The translations under genes and the position numbers were made by a program. Below the pieces are notes generated by a model. The model was not told the origin of the DNA. It worked only from the letters and a program-made list of their open reading frames with translations, and ran no database searches. 60,905 nucleotides of DNA, from contig CAYTXJ010000001.1 in assembly GCA_964440775.1 (NCBI GenBank), positions 1 through 60,905 on the forward strand. The letters are read 5' to 3'. Source of the stretch: an uncultured Desulfobacteraceae bacterium. Lineage in GTDB: Bacteria; Desulfobacterota; DSM-4660; Desulfatiglandales; JALVMZ01. Positions 42,168-51,805 of the stretch are shown here, one piece after another (the first letter of the stretch is position 1; each line of letters starts with the position of its first letter).

Positions 42168-45100
42168 ATGAGAGAATTATATGTAGGGATAGATATAGGT
42201 TCTGTAAGTATCAATTGCCTTGTCCTGGATCAGCACAAAAACATTGTTCATGAATATTCATATATGAGGCATTTTGGAGCAATAGAGGAGAGGGTGCATT
42301 CCCTTTTAAGTGATATATTTGAGCGGTTTGGAAGAGGTGAGATAAGAGCAGTTGCATTCACTGGCAATCATGGAAGGAAGATAAGTGAAAATGTAGGGGG
42401 ATTTTACGAATTTGATACTATATCCCAGGTCTTAGGCTCCCTTTATGTAAAACGAGATGTGAGGTCCATAATCAGCATGGGCGGACAGGATACAGCCCTT
42501 TTCCAGATAAAGCACAGGGATGGCAGTTGGGAGCTGGAATACTTTAATACCAATGGGCCATGTGCATCGGGGACAGGCTCTTTTATAGATCAACAGGCTC
42601 AAAGGCTTGCCACCTCTATCTATAAAAGAGATGTGGATCTATCTCAGGAGCAGATAGATAGTGTCCTCAAAGATTTTATTGAGTTGGGACTTAAAAGCAC
42701 AAGGCCTTCCAATGTGGCCTGCAGATGCACTGTGTTTACTAAATCTGATATGATTCATCTTCAAAACAAGGGTGAGAAGCTTGAAGATATCATATATGGG
42801 CTTCATATCGGAAATGCCAGAAACTTTATCAGCACCATTGTCGCAAACAGGCGGGTTGAAGATCCAGTGATATTTATAGGGGGTCTTTCCCTTAACCAGC
42901 TTCAGGTAAAGGCATTTAAGGAATATTTCTCCAATATCCTTGTTCCCCCCCATAGCACCTCCATAGGAGCCTTAGGGGTTGCAATACATGCTATGGAGCA
43001 GGGAGTTGAAAATTCCATTGATTTAGATGGGCTTTTAAGACTGGGAAGGGTGCAGCTATCCAATCTTCCAATTGCTCCCAGACTAAAGCTCAAATTGACC
43101 CGCTTTCCTGAAGAGAATGAGGTAGAAAAGGTGCCATTTCACGGGACTGTGCCCGTATATCTGGGTGTGGATATAGGATCCACTACCACAAAATATGCAA
43201 TTATAGATGAACATAGAAGAATAATACATAAAAGATATGTCCACACCCAGGGAAGACCTGTAGAGGTGACACAGAAATTGCTGAGCATCATAAGGGATGA
43301 GATAGGAAGACGGATTGATATTAAGGGGGTTGCCACTACAGGATCTGGAAGAAATGTGGTAGGGGATTTTTTAAACGCTGATCTCATTGTGGATGAGATA
43401 ACTGCCCATGCAAGGGGTGCTGTAGAGATTGATCCCACAGTTGATACCATCTTTGAGATAGGGGGTCAGGATTCCAAATATATCTATATAATGAATACAT
43501 ATCCTCTGGATTTTGATATGAATAAGGTCTGTGCTGCAGGAACCGGCAGCTTTCTCCATGAGCTTGCAAATAAGTATGGGATAAACATAGTGGGAGAGTT
43601 TCAGGAGATAGCCATGTCATCCCCCTCTCCTATACGGCTTGCTGAAAGATGCACCGTGTTTATGGAATCTGACCTTGTATCATATCATCAAATGGGTGTG
43701 GAAAAGAGAAATCTGATAGCAGGACTCTGCTATGCAATTGTAAGTAACTATCTTAACAGGGTGGTGGGAAAGCGAAAGATCGGAGAGAGGATCATGTTTT
43801 TGGGAGGCCCTTCTCTTAATAAAGCGGTGGTGGCTGCCTTTGAAAATATCTTAAATAGGGCAATTATTGTCCCAAAGCACAGAGAGGTGCTTGGTGCATT
43901 TGGGGCAGCGATTCTGGTTCAGCAAAAGATGAGAAGGGAAGGCAAAAAAGAAAGCAGATTCAGGGGACTGGATAGCGCCATTAATGACAGAATGGAATAT
44001 AAAGAGGTGATATGTAGGGCAGATCCCAAATGCCATAATCAGTGTAAACTTAAGATCTACAATTTTGATGGAAGAAAGAGTATATGGGGTGGAGAGTGTG
44101 GAAGATATGAGATAAGTGAGAGAAGGGCAAAGAGAAGCCCCAACTATTTCAAACTGAGGTCTCAGATATGGGAAAGATATATGGAAGGGGTATATGTGGA
44201 ATTCAATGGGGAGAGGATCTTAGAGGTGGACGGAAGATCTACTGTTGGTATGCAAAGGGCCCTCTACACACTTCATACAGGAGTCTTATGGGCACATTTT
44301 TTTGACAGATTGGGTCTCAGGGTGGTATTAACCCCACCTACCAATTCCCGAATTGTGGCCTGGGGGATAGAATCTATGACAGCAGAGACCTGTTTTCCAG
44401 TGAAGATCTCCCATGGACATATAAGATATATCAAAGATAAGACCAGATTTCTCTTTATTCCTTCAATCATTAATATGAGAACACCCACAGAAAATGAAGC
44501 CGGGTTTTATTGTCCAATGGTTCAGGCAAATCAGTATATGGTGAGGATGGCATTCAATCTAAAGGGAGATAATATACTAAATCCTATAGTTCACCTTAAA
44601 TATGAGCCTGAAAGGCTTGCAGTTGAACTTACCTCACAATTGTCCCACAAGATTGGAAAGAGCAAAAAAGATATAAGGGATGCACTGATCTATGCCTTAG
44701 AGATACAAGAAGAATTTACAAAAGAGCTTCTAAGAGAAGGGGAAAAGATCCTCTCTTCATATCCCAATGATAAACCGCTGGTTATTGTAACGGGAAGACC
44801 ATACAATCTATATGATGAAAGGCTAAATCTCAGACTGGGTGAAAACCTATCAAAGATAGGGGTAAGTGCCCTGCCTATGGATTTTATAGATACCAGCAGG
44901 GTGGATCTTTCTGATTTTTCATCCATGTATTGGGGGTTTGGGTCAATGATCCTTAGAGCTGCAAGATATATTGTATCGAGTGAAAATCTCTTTGGAATAC
45001 ATGTCACAAATTTCAGCTGTGGAGCAGATTCTTTTATTGAACATTTCTATAAATACATCATGCAAGACAAACCCTATCTCATCCTGGAGCTGGATGAACA

Positions 45101-45212
45101 CTCAGCAGTTGCAGGTATTATGACAAGGCTTGAGGCATACAGAAATGTGGTTGAAAACTGTATGGAAAAGGCCAAGGAGGGATTTCAAGAGCTTAAAATC
45201 TCTAATTACTAA
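42168..45212 (+). CDS. Fused double BcrAD/BadFG/HgdC-type activase ATPase plus C-terminal dehydratase/reductase-related domain
   Basis: The ATG at 42168 has a GAAGGAG SD; the track GTG is at 42159. Two actin-fold ATPase modules start at GIDIGSVSIN and GVDIGSTTTK. Each has paired cluster-Cys motifs: CASGTGSF/CTVFTKSD and CAAGTGSF/CTVFMESD. A Cys-rich linker (CRADPKCHNQCK...CGRYE) and a roughly 350-aa C-terminal domain follow. Confidence 0.8.
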   Translation: MRELYVGIDIGSVSINCLVLDQHKNIVHEYSYMRHFGAIEERVHSLLSDIFERFGRGEIRAVAFTGNHGRKISENVGGFYEFDTISQVLGSLYVKRDVRSIISMGGQDTALFQIKHRDGSWELEYFNTNGPCASGTGSFIDQQAQRLATSIYKRDVDLSQEQIDSVLKDFIELGLKSTRPSNVACRCTVFTKSDMIHLQNKGEKLEDIIYGLHIGNARNFISTIVANRRVEDPVIFIGGLSLNQLQVKAFKEYFSNILVPPHSTSIGALGVAIHAMEQGVENSIDLDGLLRLGRVQLSNLPIAPRLKLKLTRFPEENEVEKVPFHGTVPVYLGVDIGSTTTKYAIIDEHRRIIHKRYVHTQGRPVEVTQKLLSIIRDEIGRRIDIKGVATTGSGRNVVGDFLNADLIVDEITAHARGAVEIDPTVDTIFEIGGQDSKYIYIMNTYPLDFDMNKVCAAGTGSFLHELANKYGINIVGEFQEIAMSSPSPIRLAERCTVFMESDLVSYHQMGVEKRNLIAGLCYAIVSNYLNRVVGKRKIGERIMFLGGPSLNKAVVAAFENILNRAIIVPKHREVLGAFGAAILVQQKMRREGKKESRFRGLDSAINDRMEYKEVICRADPKCHNQCKLKIYNFDGRKSIWGGECGRYEISERRAKRSPNYFKLRSQIWERYMEGVYVEFNGERILEVDGRSTVGMQRALYTLHTGVLWAHFFDRLGLRVVLTPPTNSRIVAWGIESMTAETCFPVKISHGHIRYIKDKTRFLFIPSIINMRTPTENEAGFYCPMVQANQYMVRMAFNLKGDNILNPIVHLKYEPERLAVELTSQLSHKIGKSKKDIRDALIYALEIQEEFTKELLREGEKILSSYPNDKPLVIVTGRPYNLYDERLNLRLGENLSKIGVSALPMDFIDTSRVDLSDFSSMYWGFGSMILRAARYIVSSENLFGIHVTNFSCGADSFIEHFYKYIMQDKPYLILELDEHSAVAGIMTRLEAYRNVVENCMEKAKEGFQELKISNY

Positions 45213-45224
45213 TAGGAAGGAACA

Positions 45225-46568
45225 ATGGAAAAGGACTTTAAAGAGCTTTACCAGAGGGTTGGATATTTCAAGGTAAAGGGCAAGACATTTCTGATACCCC
45301 AGATGAACACTATAGGGGGGCATCTGTTGGCAGGCACATTGAGAAGCTTTGGTGTAAATGCCATACTGATGGATACTTATAAGGGATTGGATCTGGGTAA
45401 GAATTTTACCTCTGGAAAGGAGTGTTTCCCATGTCAGGTAACCACAGGTGATATACTCTATTTCCTAAAGAGGGAAAAGGAAAGACTCGGTGATAGATTT
45501 AATCCTAAAGACTATATATATTTTATGCCAGAGTCAGAGGGGCCCTGTAGATTTGGAATGTATAATAAGTTTCAGAGGATAGTCTTAGACACCTTTCCAG
45601 AATTTAGGAAGATAAAGATTGGCACCCTTTCATCCAGCAATTCCTATTCCGTAGAAGGCCTGATAGAAGAGGCAGGTGAGTTCAGAAAAGTGGCATATCT
45701 ATCTGTTATTGTAGGGGATATATTGGATAGGCTACTCTGGAGAGTAAGGCCTTATGAAAAGATAAAGGGCTCTACAGATCAGTTTATTCATTATGCAACT
45801 TTAAATATGGAAAAGGCCTTTGAAAGATATGGAAAGAAGAAGGATTTTGATAGCATTATCTCTCAGCTTGAAGAACTCACTCAGGAGGCCAAATCCCTGA
45901 TAGATCCTACAATCTCTCCTAAACCGCTGATAGGCGTTGTAGGAGAGATATATCTTAGGACCCATGTTTGGTCCAATCAGAATGTGATAAGGATGATTGA
46001 GAGATATGGAGGAGAGGTGGTAAATGCATCAATTGCTGAATGGATAAATTATACCACATATGATAGACTCAGGGAGGCAAAGATTGACCTGAGGGCATAC
46101 ATCAGAAATTTTAATATTGAAGGGATAAAGGATTCATTTAAGAGAATACTCAAGTATGGGATTGATCTCTACTACCAGCAGATAAAACAGGATAAGGTCT
46201 ATAAGAGAATAAAAAAGATTCTGGATATTGCAGATGATCACAGATTGAAGGACTTAGAGAAGGTTCTCATCAGGACAGGAACCTTTTCATTTGATGTTGG
46301 AACAGAGGCATGCCTTAGCATCTCTGGAATTATTGAATATATAAAAGAGGGATACAATGGTGTTGTAAATGTCTATCCCTTTACATGTATGCCAAGCACC
46401 ATAACCTCAGCTATAATTAAGCCTATTATCACTAAGACCAATGTGCCCTACATAGACGCCCCATATGACGGATCATATCAGCCAGGCAGAGAGGCGGCAA
46501 TTAGAACCTTTATGTATCAGGCACAACAGCACTTTGAAAGGAATAGGGGAAGGAGAAGGCATCATTGA
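45225..46568 (+). CDS. Partner subunit related to acyl-CoA dehydratase/activase-associated proteins
   Basis: 447 aa with conserved Cys contexts GKECFPCQ, GPCRFGMYN and YPFTCMPS. An AGGAAGGAA SD precedes it, 12 nt after the previous gene. Confidence 0.6.
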   Translation: MEKDFKELYQRVGYFKVKGKTFLIPQMNTIGGHLLAGTLRSFGVNAILMDTYKGLDLGKNFTSGKECFPCQVTTGDILYFLKREKERLGDRFNPKDYIYFMPESEGPCRFGMYNKFQRIVLDTFPEFRKIKIGTLSSSNSYSVEGLIEEAGEFRKVAYLSVIVGDILDRLLWRVRPYEKIKGSTDQFIHYATLNMEKAFERYGKKKDFDSIISQLEELTQEAKSLIDPTISPKPLIGVVGEIYLRTHVWSNQNVIRMIERYGGEVVNASIAEWINYTTYDRLREAKIDLRAYIRNFNIEGIKDSFKRILKYGIDLYYQQIKQDKVYKRIKKILDIADDHRLKDLEKVLIRTGTFSFDVGTEACLSISGIIEYIKEGYNGVVNVYPFTCMPSTITSAIIKPIITKTNVPYIDAPYDGSYQPGREAAIRTFMYQAQQHFERNRGRRRHH

Positions 46569-46596
46569 ATATCCCTACCCAAAGATTCATAACACG

Positions 46597-48075
46597 ATGA
46601 GTAAAAAGATTCTTATTGATGCGAGTCAGAAGGAAGAGTTTAGGGTCGCAATTGTTAAAGACGGCATATTGGAAGACTTTTATATACAGACCCTGTCTTT
46701 AAGGCAGAAAGTTGGGAATATCTACAAGGGTATTGTGGAAAACATTGATCATAGGCTTCAGGCATGTTTTGTAAACTTTGGCCAGAAAAAGAACGGCTTT
46801 CTCCCCACAGAAGAGATACATCCCCAATATTGGGCAGTTTCAGATAATAAGGATATTCCCATTGACATGAGAATACAGAAAGGACAGGAGGTCTTGGTTC
46901 AGGTTGTAAAAGATATGCCAGGAGAAAAGGGTGCGTATCTTACGACCTATGTAACCCTTGCAGGAAGATACATGGTATTAACCCCTGGAAGGGATACAAT
47001 AGGGGTTTCTCGTAAGATAGAAGATGAAAAGGAGAGAAAGAGACTTAAGAGAATTGCCACGACCCTTCCCCTTCCCTCCTATATGGGATGCATCATGCGG
47101 ACCGCCTCTGAAGGTATAAGAAAGAGGGAGATATTAAGAGAACTGAACAGGCTTTTAAGACTATGGACACAGATTAGAGAGAGGGCCAAAAGGGGGCCGT
47201 CTGTGACATTGATCCATGAAGAGCAGGATATATGTTTTAGGACCCTAAGAGACCACTATAGCCGTGATATAGATGAGATTTGGGTGGATGATACAGGTCT
47301 ATATAAGAGGCTGAAGCAATATATGAAGATACTCTCTCCGAGGGATCAGAAAAAGATAAGGCTGTATAAGGAAGATATACCCATATTTGATAGATACAAT
47401 ATTGAGGATCAGATAGAGAGAATATATAGCAGGAGGGTGGATCTTAGAAGTGGAGGATATATTGTTGTAGATTCTACAGAGGCATTGATTGCCATAGATG
47501 TAAACTCTGGTAGCACCATTGCAGGAGAAAACAGGGAATCTATGGCCTTTATCATAAATATGGAGGCAGCCAAGGAGATCCCCCGACAGCTAAGGCTGAG
47601 AGATATAGGAGGATTGGTGGTTATAGATTTCATAGATATGAAGCAAAGAGAACATATAAGAGATGTGGAAAAGAGAGTAAGAGAGGAGATAAAAAAGGAC
47701 AGGGCAAAGGTGGAGCTATCCCGAATATCCAAATTTGGTCTGATGGAGCTATCCCGTCAGAGGCTAAATCCATCGATAGAGCTTAAAAGCTATCAGGTAT
47801 GCCCTACCTGCAGAGGAAGGGGTAAGGTAATATCAGTGGAATCTGCCTCTGCGTCTATATTGAGAAATATAAAATCCATTGCCTCAAAAGGGGGAGTAAA
47901 AGAGGTTGTGGCAACCCTTCCACTGGATGTGGCTTCCTACATATTGAATGCCCAGAGAAAGGAGTTACTTAATATGGAAGAGAGATTTAATATGAAGATC
48001 ATAATACAGGGCAATGAAAAGATAGGCTCTGGAGAAAGCCATATCGATTTCATCAGATCAGATCAGATCATATGA
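46597..48075 (+). CDS. rng: Ribonuclease G/E-family endoribonuclease
   Basis: The internal ATG at 46597 (MSKKILID...) was chosen because the track ORF start at 46465 overlaps the previous gene by 104 nt. It has an S1 domain (GNIYKGIVENI...ACFVNFG) and the catalytic domain. Confidence 0.9.
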   Translation: MSKKILIDASQKEEFRVAIVKDGILEDFYIQTLSLRQKVGNIYKGIVENIDHRLQACFVNFGQKKNGFLPTEEIHPQYWAVSDNKDIPIDMRIQKGQEVLVQVVKDMPGEKGAYLTTYVTLAGRYMVLTPGRDTIGVSRKIEDEKERKRLKRIATTLPLPSYMGCIMRTASEGIRKREILRELNRLLRLWTQIRERAKRGPSVTLIHEEQDICFRTLRDHYSRDIDEIWVDDTGLYKRLKQYMKILSPRDQKKIRLYKEDIPIFDRYNIEDQIERIYSRRVDLRSGGYIVVDSTEALIAIDVNSGSTIAGENRESMAFIINMEAAKEIPRQLRLRDIGGLVVIDFIDMKQREHIRDVEKRVREEIKKDRAKVELSRISKFGLMELSRQRLNPSIELKSYQVCPTCRGRGKVISVESASASILRNIKSIASKGGVKEVVATLPLDVASYILNAQRKELLNMEERFNMKIIIQGNEKIGSGESHIDFIRSDQII

Positions 48076-49859
48076 TTTTTAATAATATCATATACCTTAT
48101 TGTGATCCTTACCATATATCATATTGATTTGGATCATCTCTCTGTCTTTTCACCATTAGTTAATCTATCCCTAATTGTGCTATCGTGGTCGCTATTTTTC
48201 TATATGTGTCATGTTATATTTAGAAGTTCCTATGAGAGCTCACCCAGGCTCTATCATAGAAAGGTGTTGCTTTGTTCTATGATTTCTATACTCATATTTT
48301 CAATGGATACATATCTCTTTAACCTGAGACATCTTATAAGGGTCTTACCCTATGTGAGGCTTTCTCTCTTCTTTGAAAGCACGGTCGTTATATTTATCTA
48401 TCTGATGATGTTATCTATAATCTGGTTTCATTCATATGATTTATATCAAAATACATTTCCTGTAGATATTGGAAAGAGAGACTATATAATCCAGAATCTT
48501 CGTTTTAATATCCCCATTGTTATACCCTATCTGTTGTTTGATCTACTATATGATCTCTTATCGTGGACTACACTTATCCGATATATTGAAAGGGATATAT
48601 ATCAATTTATCCTGTTTTCCTGCTTCCTTATTATCTTAGTGATATTTCTTCCTGCGATTATTCCCAAGATATGGGGATGCAAGAAGTTCATATCCAATGA
48701 AAGGCTTTTTGCCATAAAGGAGTTTTTAAAAAATAATGGCTTTAGATACAGGGAGATCTTAAGATGGCCCAACTTCAGAGGGCAGATGCTTACTGCAGGA
48801 ATCATGGGAATAGTCCCCAGATTCAGATATATTCTCATTACAGATTCTCTTATGGAGAATCTTACCTTGGAGGAGACAAAGGCGGTTATTGCCCATGAAA
48901 TGGGACATATAAGATTCTATCACTTTTACCTCTATCTTCTATTTTTTATACTATTCATTGTCTTCTCTAAGGGCTTCTTTGAACTCCTATACTATCTTTT
49001 TATTCCATATACCCTCTCTGAACAGAATACCTTTCTCTATTTAGGTCTTTCAATTCCCGCGGTGTTCTCACTGATAATATACTTTAGATATTTAGTAGGA
49101 TTCTTTATGCGAAACTTAGAAAGACAGGCAGATGCCTATTCTGCACACATAATGGGAGATCCCACTCATACAATACTTTCACTTGAAAAGATTGCGCTAT
49201 TAAGTGGCAGAATAAGGGATCTACCTAGTTGGCACCATTTTAGCATCAAAGAGAGGGTGGAATTTCTAAACAGATTTTTCAGGGATCCCATGCTCTTAAG
49301 GAGGCATACAAGATTTCTGATACTGTGTCTCTTCCTATATCTTTTAGGTTTCTCTCTTCTGATATATGGTGTAAACAGCACCGCAATAAGAAGGGCTGTT
49401 ATCTTGGATTCTGCCTCTAAATTGATAAGATCTTCAAGGGTGGATCCCAAAAAGGATCTCAATCTATTTATAGATGTGGCCATGATATACCATGATATGG
49501 GAGAAATTAAGAAGGCAGTTTCAATCTATGAAGAGATTCTAAGATCATATAAGGACGCACATATTGCGTTAAATAATTTAGCCTGGATCTTCGCAACCAC
49601 AGATAAAGAGGAGCTAAGGGATCCCAAAAGGGCATTGATGCTTGCAAAGAGGGCGGTATCTCTGAAGAGATGTGCGGAGTATTTAGATACATTGGCAGAG
49701 GCATACTGGATAAATGGGATGAGAAATGAGGCCATTAGGGCCGAAGAGGAGGCATTAGATATGGCAAAGGAAGGGAGAGACTACTACATGGCTCAGCTTA
49801 AAAGATTTAAAAAGGCCCTTCCTTATTCATCTCATTACTCCAATTATAATAACTCCTGA
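48072..49859 (+). CDS. Polytopic M48-family zinc metallopeptidase with C-terminal TPR repeats
   Basis: 595 aa with HEMGH (HExxH) between TM segments and a TPR-like C-terminus. The start overlaps the rng stop (ATGA). Confidence 0.8.
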   Translation: MIFNNIIYLIVILTIYHIDLDHLSVFSPLVNLSLIVLSWSLFFYMCHVIFRSSYESSPRLYHRKVLLCSMISILIFSMDTYLFNLRHLIRVLPYVRLSLFFESTVVIFIYLMMLSIIWFHSYDLYQNTFPVDIGKRDYIIQNLRFNIPIVIPYLLFDLLYDLLSWTTLIRYIERDIYQFILFSCFLIILVIFLPAIIPKIWGCKKFISNERLFAIKEFLKNNGFRYREILRWPNFRGQMLTAGIMGIVPRFRYILITDSLMENLTLEETKAVIAHEMGHIRFYHFYLYLLFFILFIVFSKGFFELLYYLFIPYTLSEQNTFLYLGLSIPAVFSLIIYFRYLVGFFMRNLERQADAYSAHIMGDPTHTILSLEKIALLSGRIRDLPSWHHFSIKERVEFLNRFFRDPMLLRRHTRFLILCLFLYLLGFSLLIYGVNSTAIRRAVILDSASKLIRSSRVDPKKDLNLFIDVAMIYHDMGEIKKAVSIYEEILRSYKDAHIALNNLAWIFATTDKEELRDPKRALMLAKRAVSLKRCAEYLDTLAEAYWINGMRNEAIRAEEEALDMAKEGRDYYMAQLKRFKKALPYSSHYSNYNNS

Positions 49860-50705
49860 CATCATTATGGATGCACCGATAAACCTCTTACCTATCTCTT
49901 TCTCTTTAAAGAATATGGCACCGAACAATACACCAAATAGCAGACTTGATCTCTTAACAGATATCATATAGGCGGCCTCAATAAGCTTTATGGCAAAGAC
50001 ATGGGAAAATATCATGGCCGAAGTTACAACTCCTGATAGCACAGATGCAAAAGGCCTCTTAATAATGATATCTATCTTTGCATTCCTTCTAAAAGGCCAT
50101 ATTGAAAAGAAGATAATGCTTAAAACGGTAAAATAAAATGTGGCAAAAAACTGGGGATTGGAGTGATTAATTGCAAGCTTACCAAGGGTTGCAGTAATCG
50201 AATATATGGCCGCTGTAAGTAGCATCAATCTTGTCCCTTTTATTCTGAATATGGACCTGAATGGCCCCATTATCTCCCTCTTTATATCTGAGATGTTTAA
50301 TATATATGAGCCTATTACAATAAGAAGAATTCCTATGATCCCAAAGGATGAGACCTTCTCTCCCAGTATAAGATTCCCTGTAAATATCATAAATGCTGGG
50401 GTAAAGGAGAGAAAAGGGATACACAGGGAAAGGGGGGCACTCCTGATTGCCTCCATGTATGTCAGAAATGCAGCAACTTCCAATGGAAGGGCAAGAAAGA
50501 CCGATATCCAAAATATTGGATCCAATGAGGGAGTGTCCATAATGATAAGGTATGTAAAGAGCAATGGAAAGGCATACAGCAGTCTGATAAGAGCCATTTC
50601 ATAGGCAGAGTAGGTGGAGAAATAGTATTTTGATATTACATCATTTAGAGCAGTAAATATCGCTGAAAAAAGGCTTAAGAAGAACCACATATCTTTATTT
50701 AACAA
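49827..50705 (-). CDS. EamA/DMT-superfamily transporter
   Basis: About 10 TM segments in two EamA-like halves. The track start at 50705 is a TTG and an alternative ATG lies at 50690. The 3' end overlaps the convergent M48 gene by 33 nt. Confidence 0.8.
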   Translation of the reverse strand: MLNKDMWFFLSLFSAIFTALNDVISKYYFSTYSAYEMALIRLLYAFPLLFTYLIIMDTPSLDPIFWISVFLALPLEVAAFLTYMEAIRSAPLSLCIPFLSFTPAFMIFTGNLILGEKVSSFGIIGILLIVIGSYILNISDIKREIMGPFRSIFRIKGTRLMLLTAAIYSITATLGKLAINHSNPQFFATFYFTVLSIIFFSIWPFRRNAKIDIIIKRPFASVLSGVVTSAMIFSHVFAIKLIEAAYMISVKRSSLLFGVLFGAIFFKEKEIGKRFIGASIMMSGVIIIGVMR

Positions 50706-50791
50706 TTAATCTATGGACAATCTGTTCTGTTATTGCTAATTAAAGTCAACGATAAAATCAACTCTTTATATTTAAAAGGAGTATTATAGAG

Positions 50792-51802
50792 GTGGAGATT
50801 AAAGAGATTGACCCCTTCGAAGAGAAAAGTAATCTTTTAAGATATCTGGATCTTCTTAGAAGCTCCAAGGTGCTGATTATAGGAGATATAATCTTGGATC
50901 AATACATATGGGGAAAGGTATCACGCATATCCCCAGAAGCTCCGGTTCCTGTGGTAGAAGAGAGAGGAAGCACTGAGAGGCTGGGAGGTGCAGGAAATGT
51001 ATTAAATAATATAACTTCTGTTGGAGGAGATGCGGTGATATGTGCTGTGGTGGGAGAGGACGGGAAGGGTAAAAGGATTAAAGAGATATTAAAAGAGATG
51101 GGAGTGCCCTTAGACGGTCTTATCGTGTGTAGAGACAGACCCACCACGGTGAAAACAAGGATAATAGCACATAATCAACAGGTTGTAAGATTGGATAGGG
51201 AAAAGACAGATATCATTGATGATAATATTCAGAAGAGGATCTTAGATCTTGCATCTTCCATGGCATACCAGATAGATGGTATCTTAATATCTGACTATGG
51301 AAAGGGGGTGATCTGTCAAAATATCGTGGAGGGCCTCAAAAGTATTGCAAAGAAAAGCGGGATTCCCATATGTGTGGATCCAAAGGTAAAGAATTTTAAT
51401 CTTTACAGTGAAGTTACTCTTATCACTCCTAATCATCATGAGGCGGGTCAGTTTTATGGAATCCATATAGACAACAATTCAAGCCTCTTAGAGGCAGGAA
51501 GGGGTATAATAGAGGGGCTCAGTTGTGAAAATCTCCTTATCACCCAGGGTAAATACGGTATGACCCTATTTGAAAGGGATGGTGGAATATACCATATACC
51601 TGCCTCTGCCAAGGATGTCTATGATGTAACCGGTGCAGGTGATACTGTCATAGCTGTTATCACATTGGCGCTATCTTCAGGAATATCACTTCGCAGTGCG
51701 GCTATAATGGCAAATTTTGCTGCAGGAGTGGTGGTTGGAGAGCTCGGAACATATGCGGTAAAGAGGGAGGATCTGGAAGGCATCTTTAAAGGGAGGAGGT
51801 AA
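50792..51802 (+). CDS. hldA: D-glycero-beta-D-manno-heptose-7-phosphate kinase (RfaE/HldE domain I only)
   Basis: 336 aa, ribokinase-like, with DVTGAGDTVIA. GTG start with an AAGGAG SD. Confidence 0.75.
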   Translation: MEIKEIDPFEEKSNLLRYLDLLRSSKVLIIGDIILDQYIWGKVSRISPEAPVPVVEERGSTERLGGAGNVLNNITSVGGDAVICAVVGEDGKGKRIKEILKEMGVPLDGLIVCRDRPTTVKTRIIAHNQQVVRLDREKTDIIDDNIQKRILDLASSMAYQIDGILISDYGKGVICQNIVEGLKSIAKKSGIPICVDPKVKNFNLYSEVTLITPNHHEAGQFYGIHIDNNSSLLEAGRGIIEGLSCENLLITQGKYGMTLFERDGGIYHIPASAKDVYDVTGAGDTVIAVITLALSSGISLRSAAIMANFAAGVVVGELGTYAVKREDLEGIFKGRR

Positions 51803-51805
51803 GAT

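Noticed and set aside
46465-46596. An N-terminal extension of the RNase G ORF that overlaps the preceding gene by 104 nt.
   Set aside because: The extension (MTDHISQAERRQLE...) has no RNase E/G similarity. The internal ATG at 46597 gives the typical MSKKILID start just before the S1 domain.
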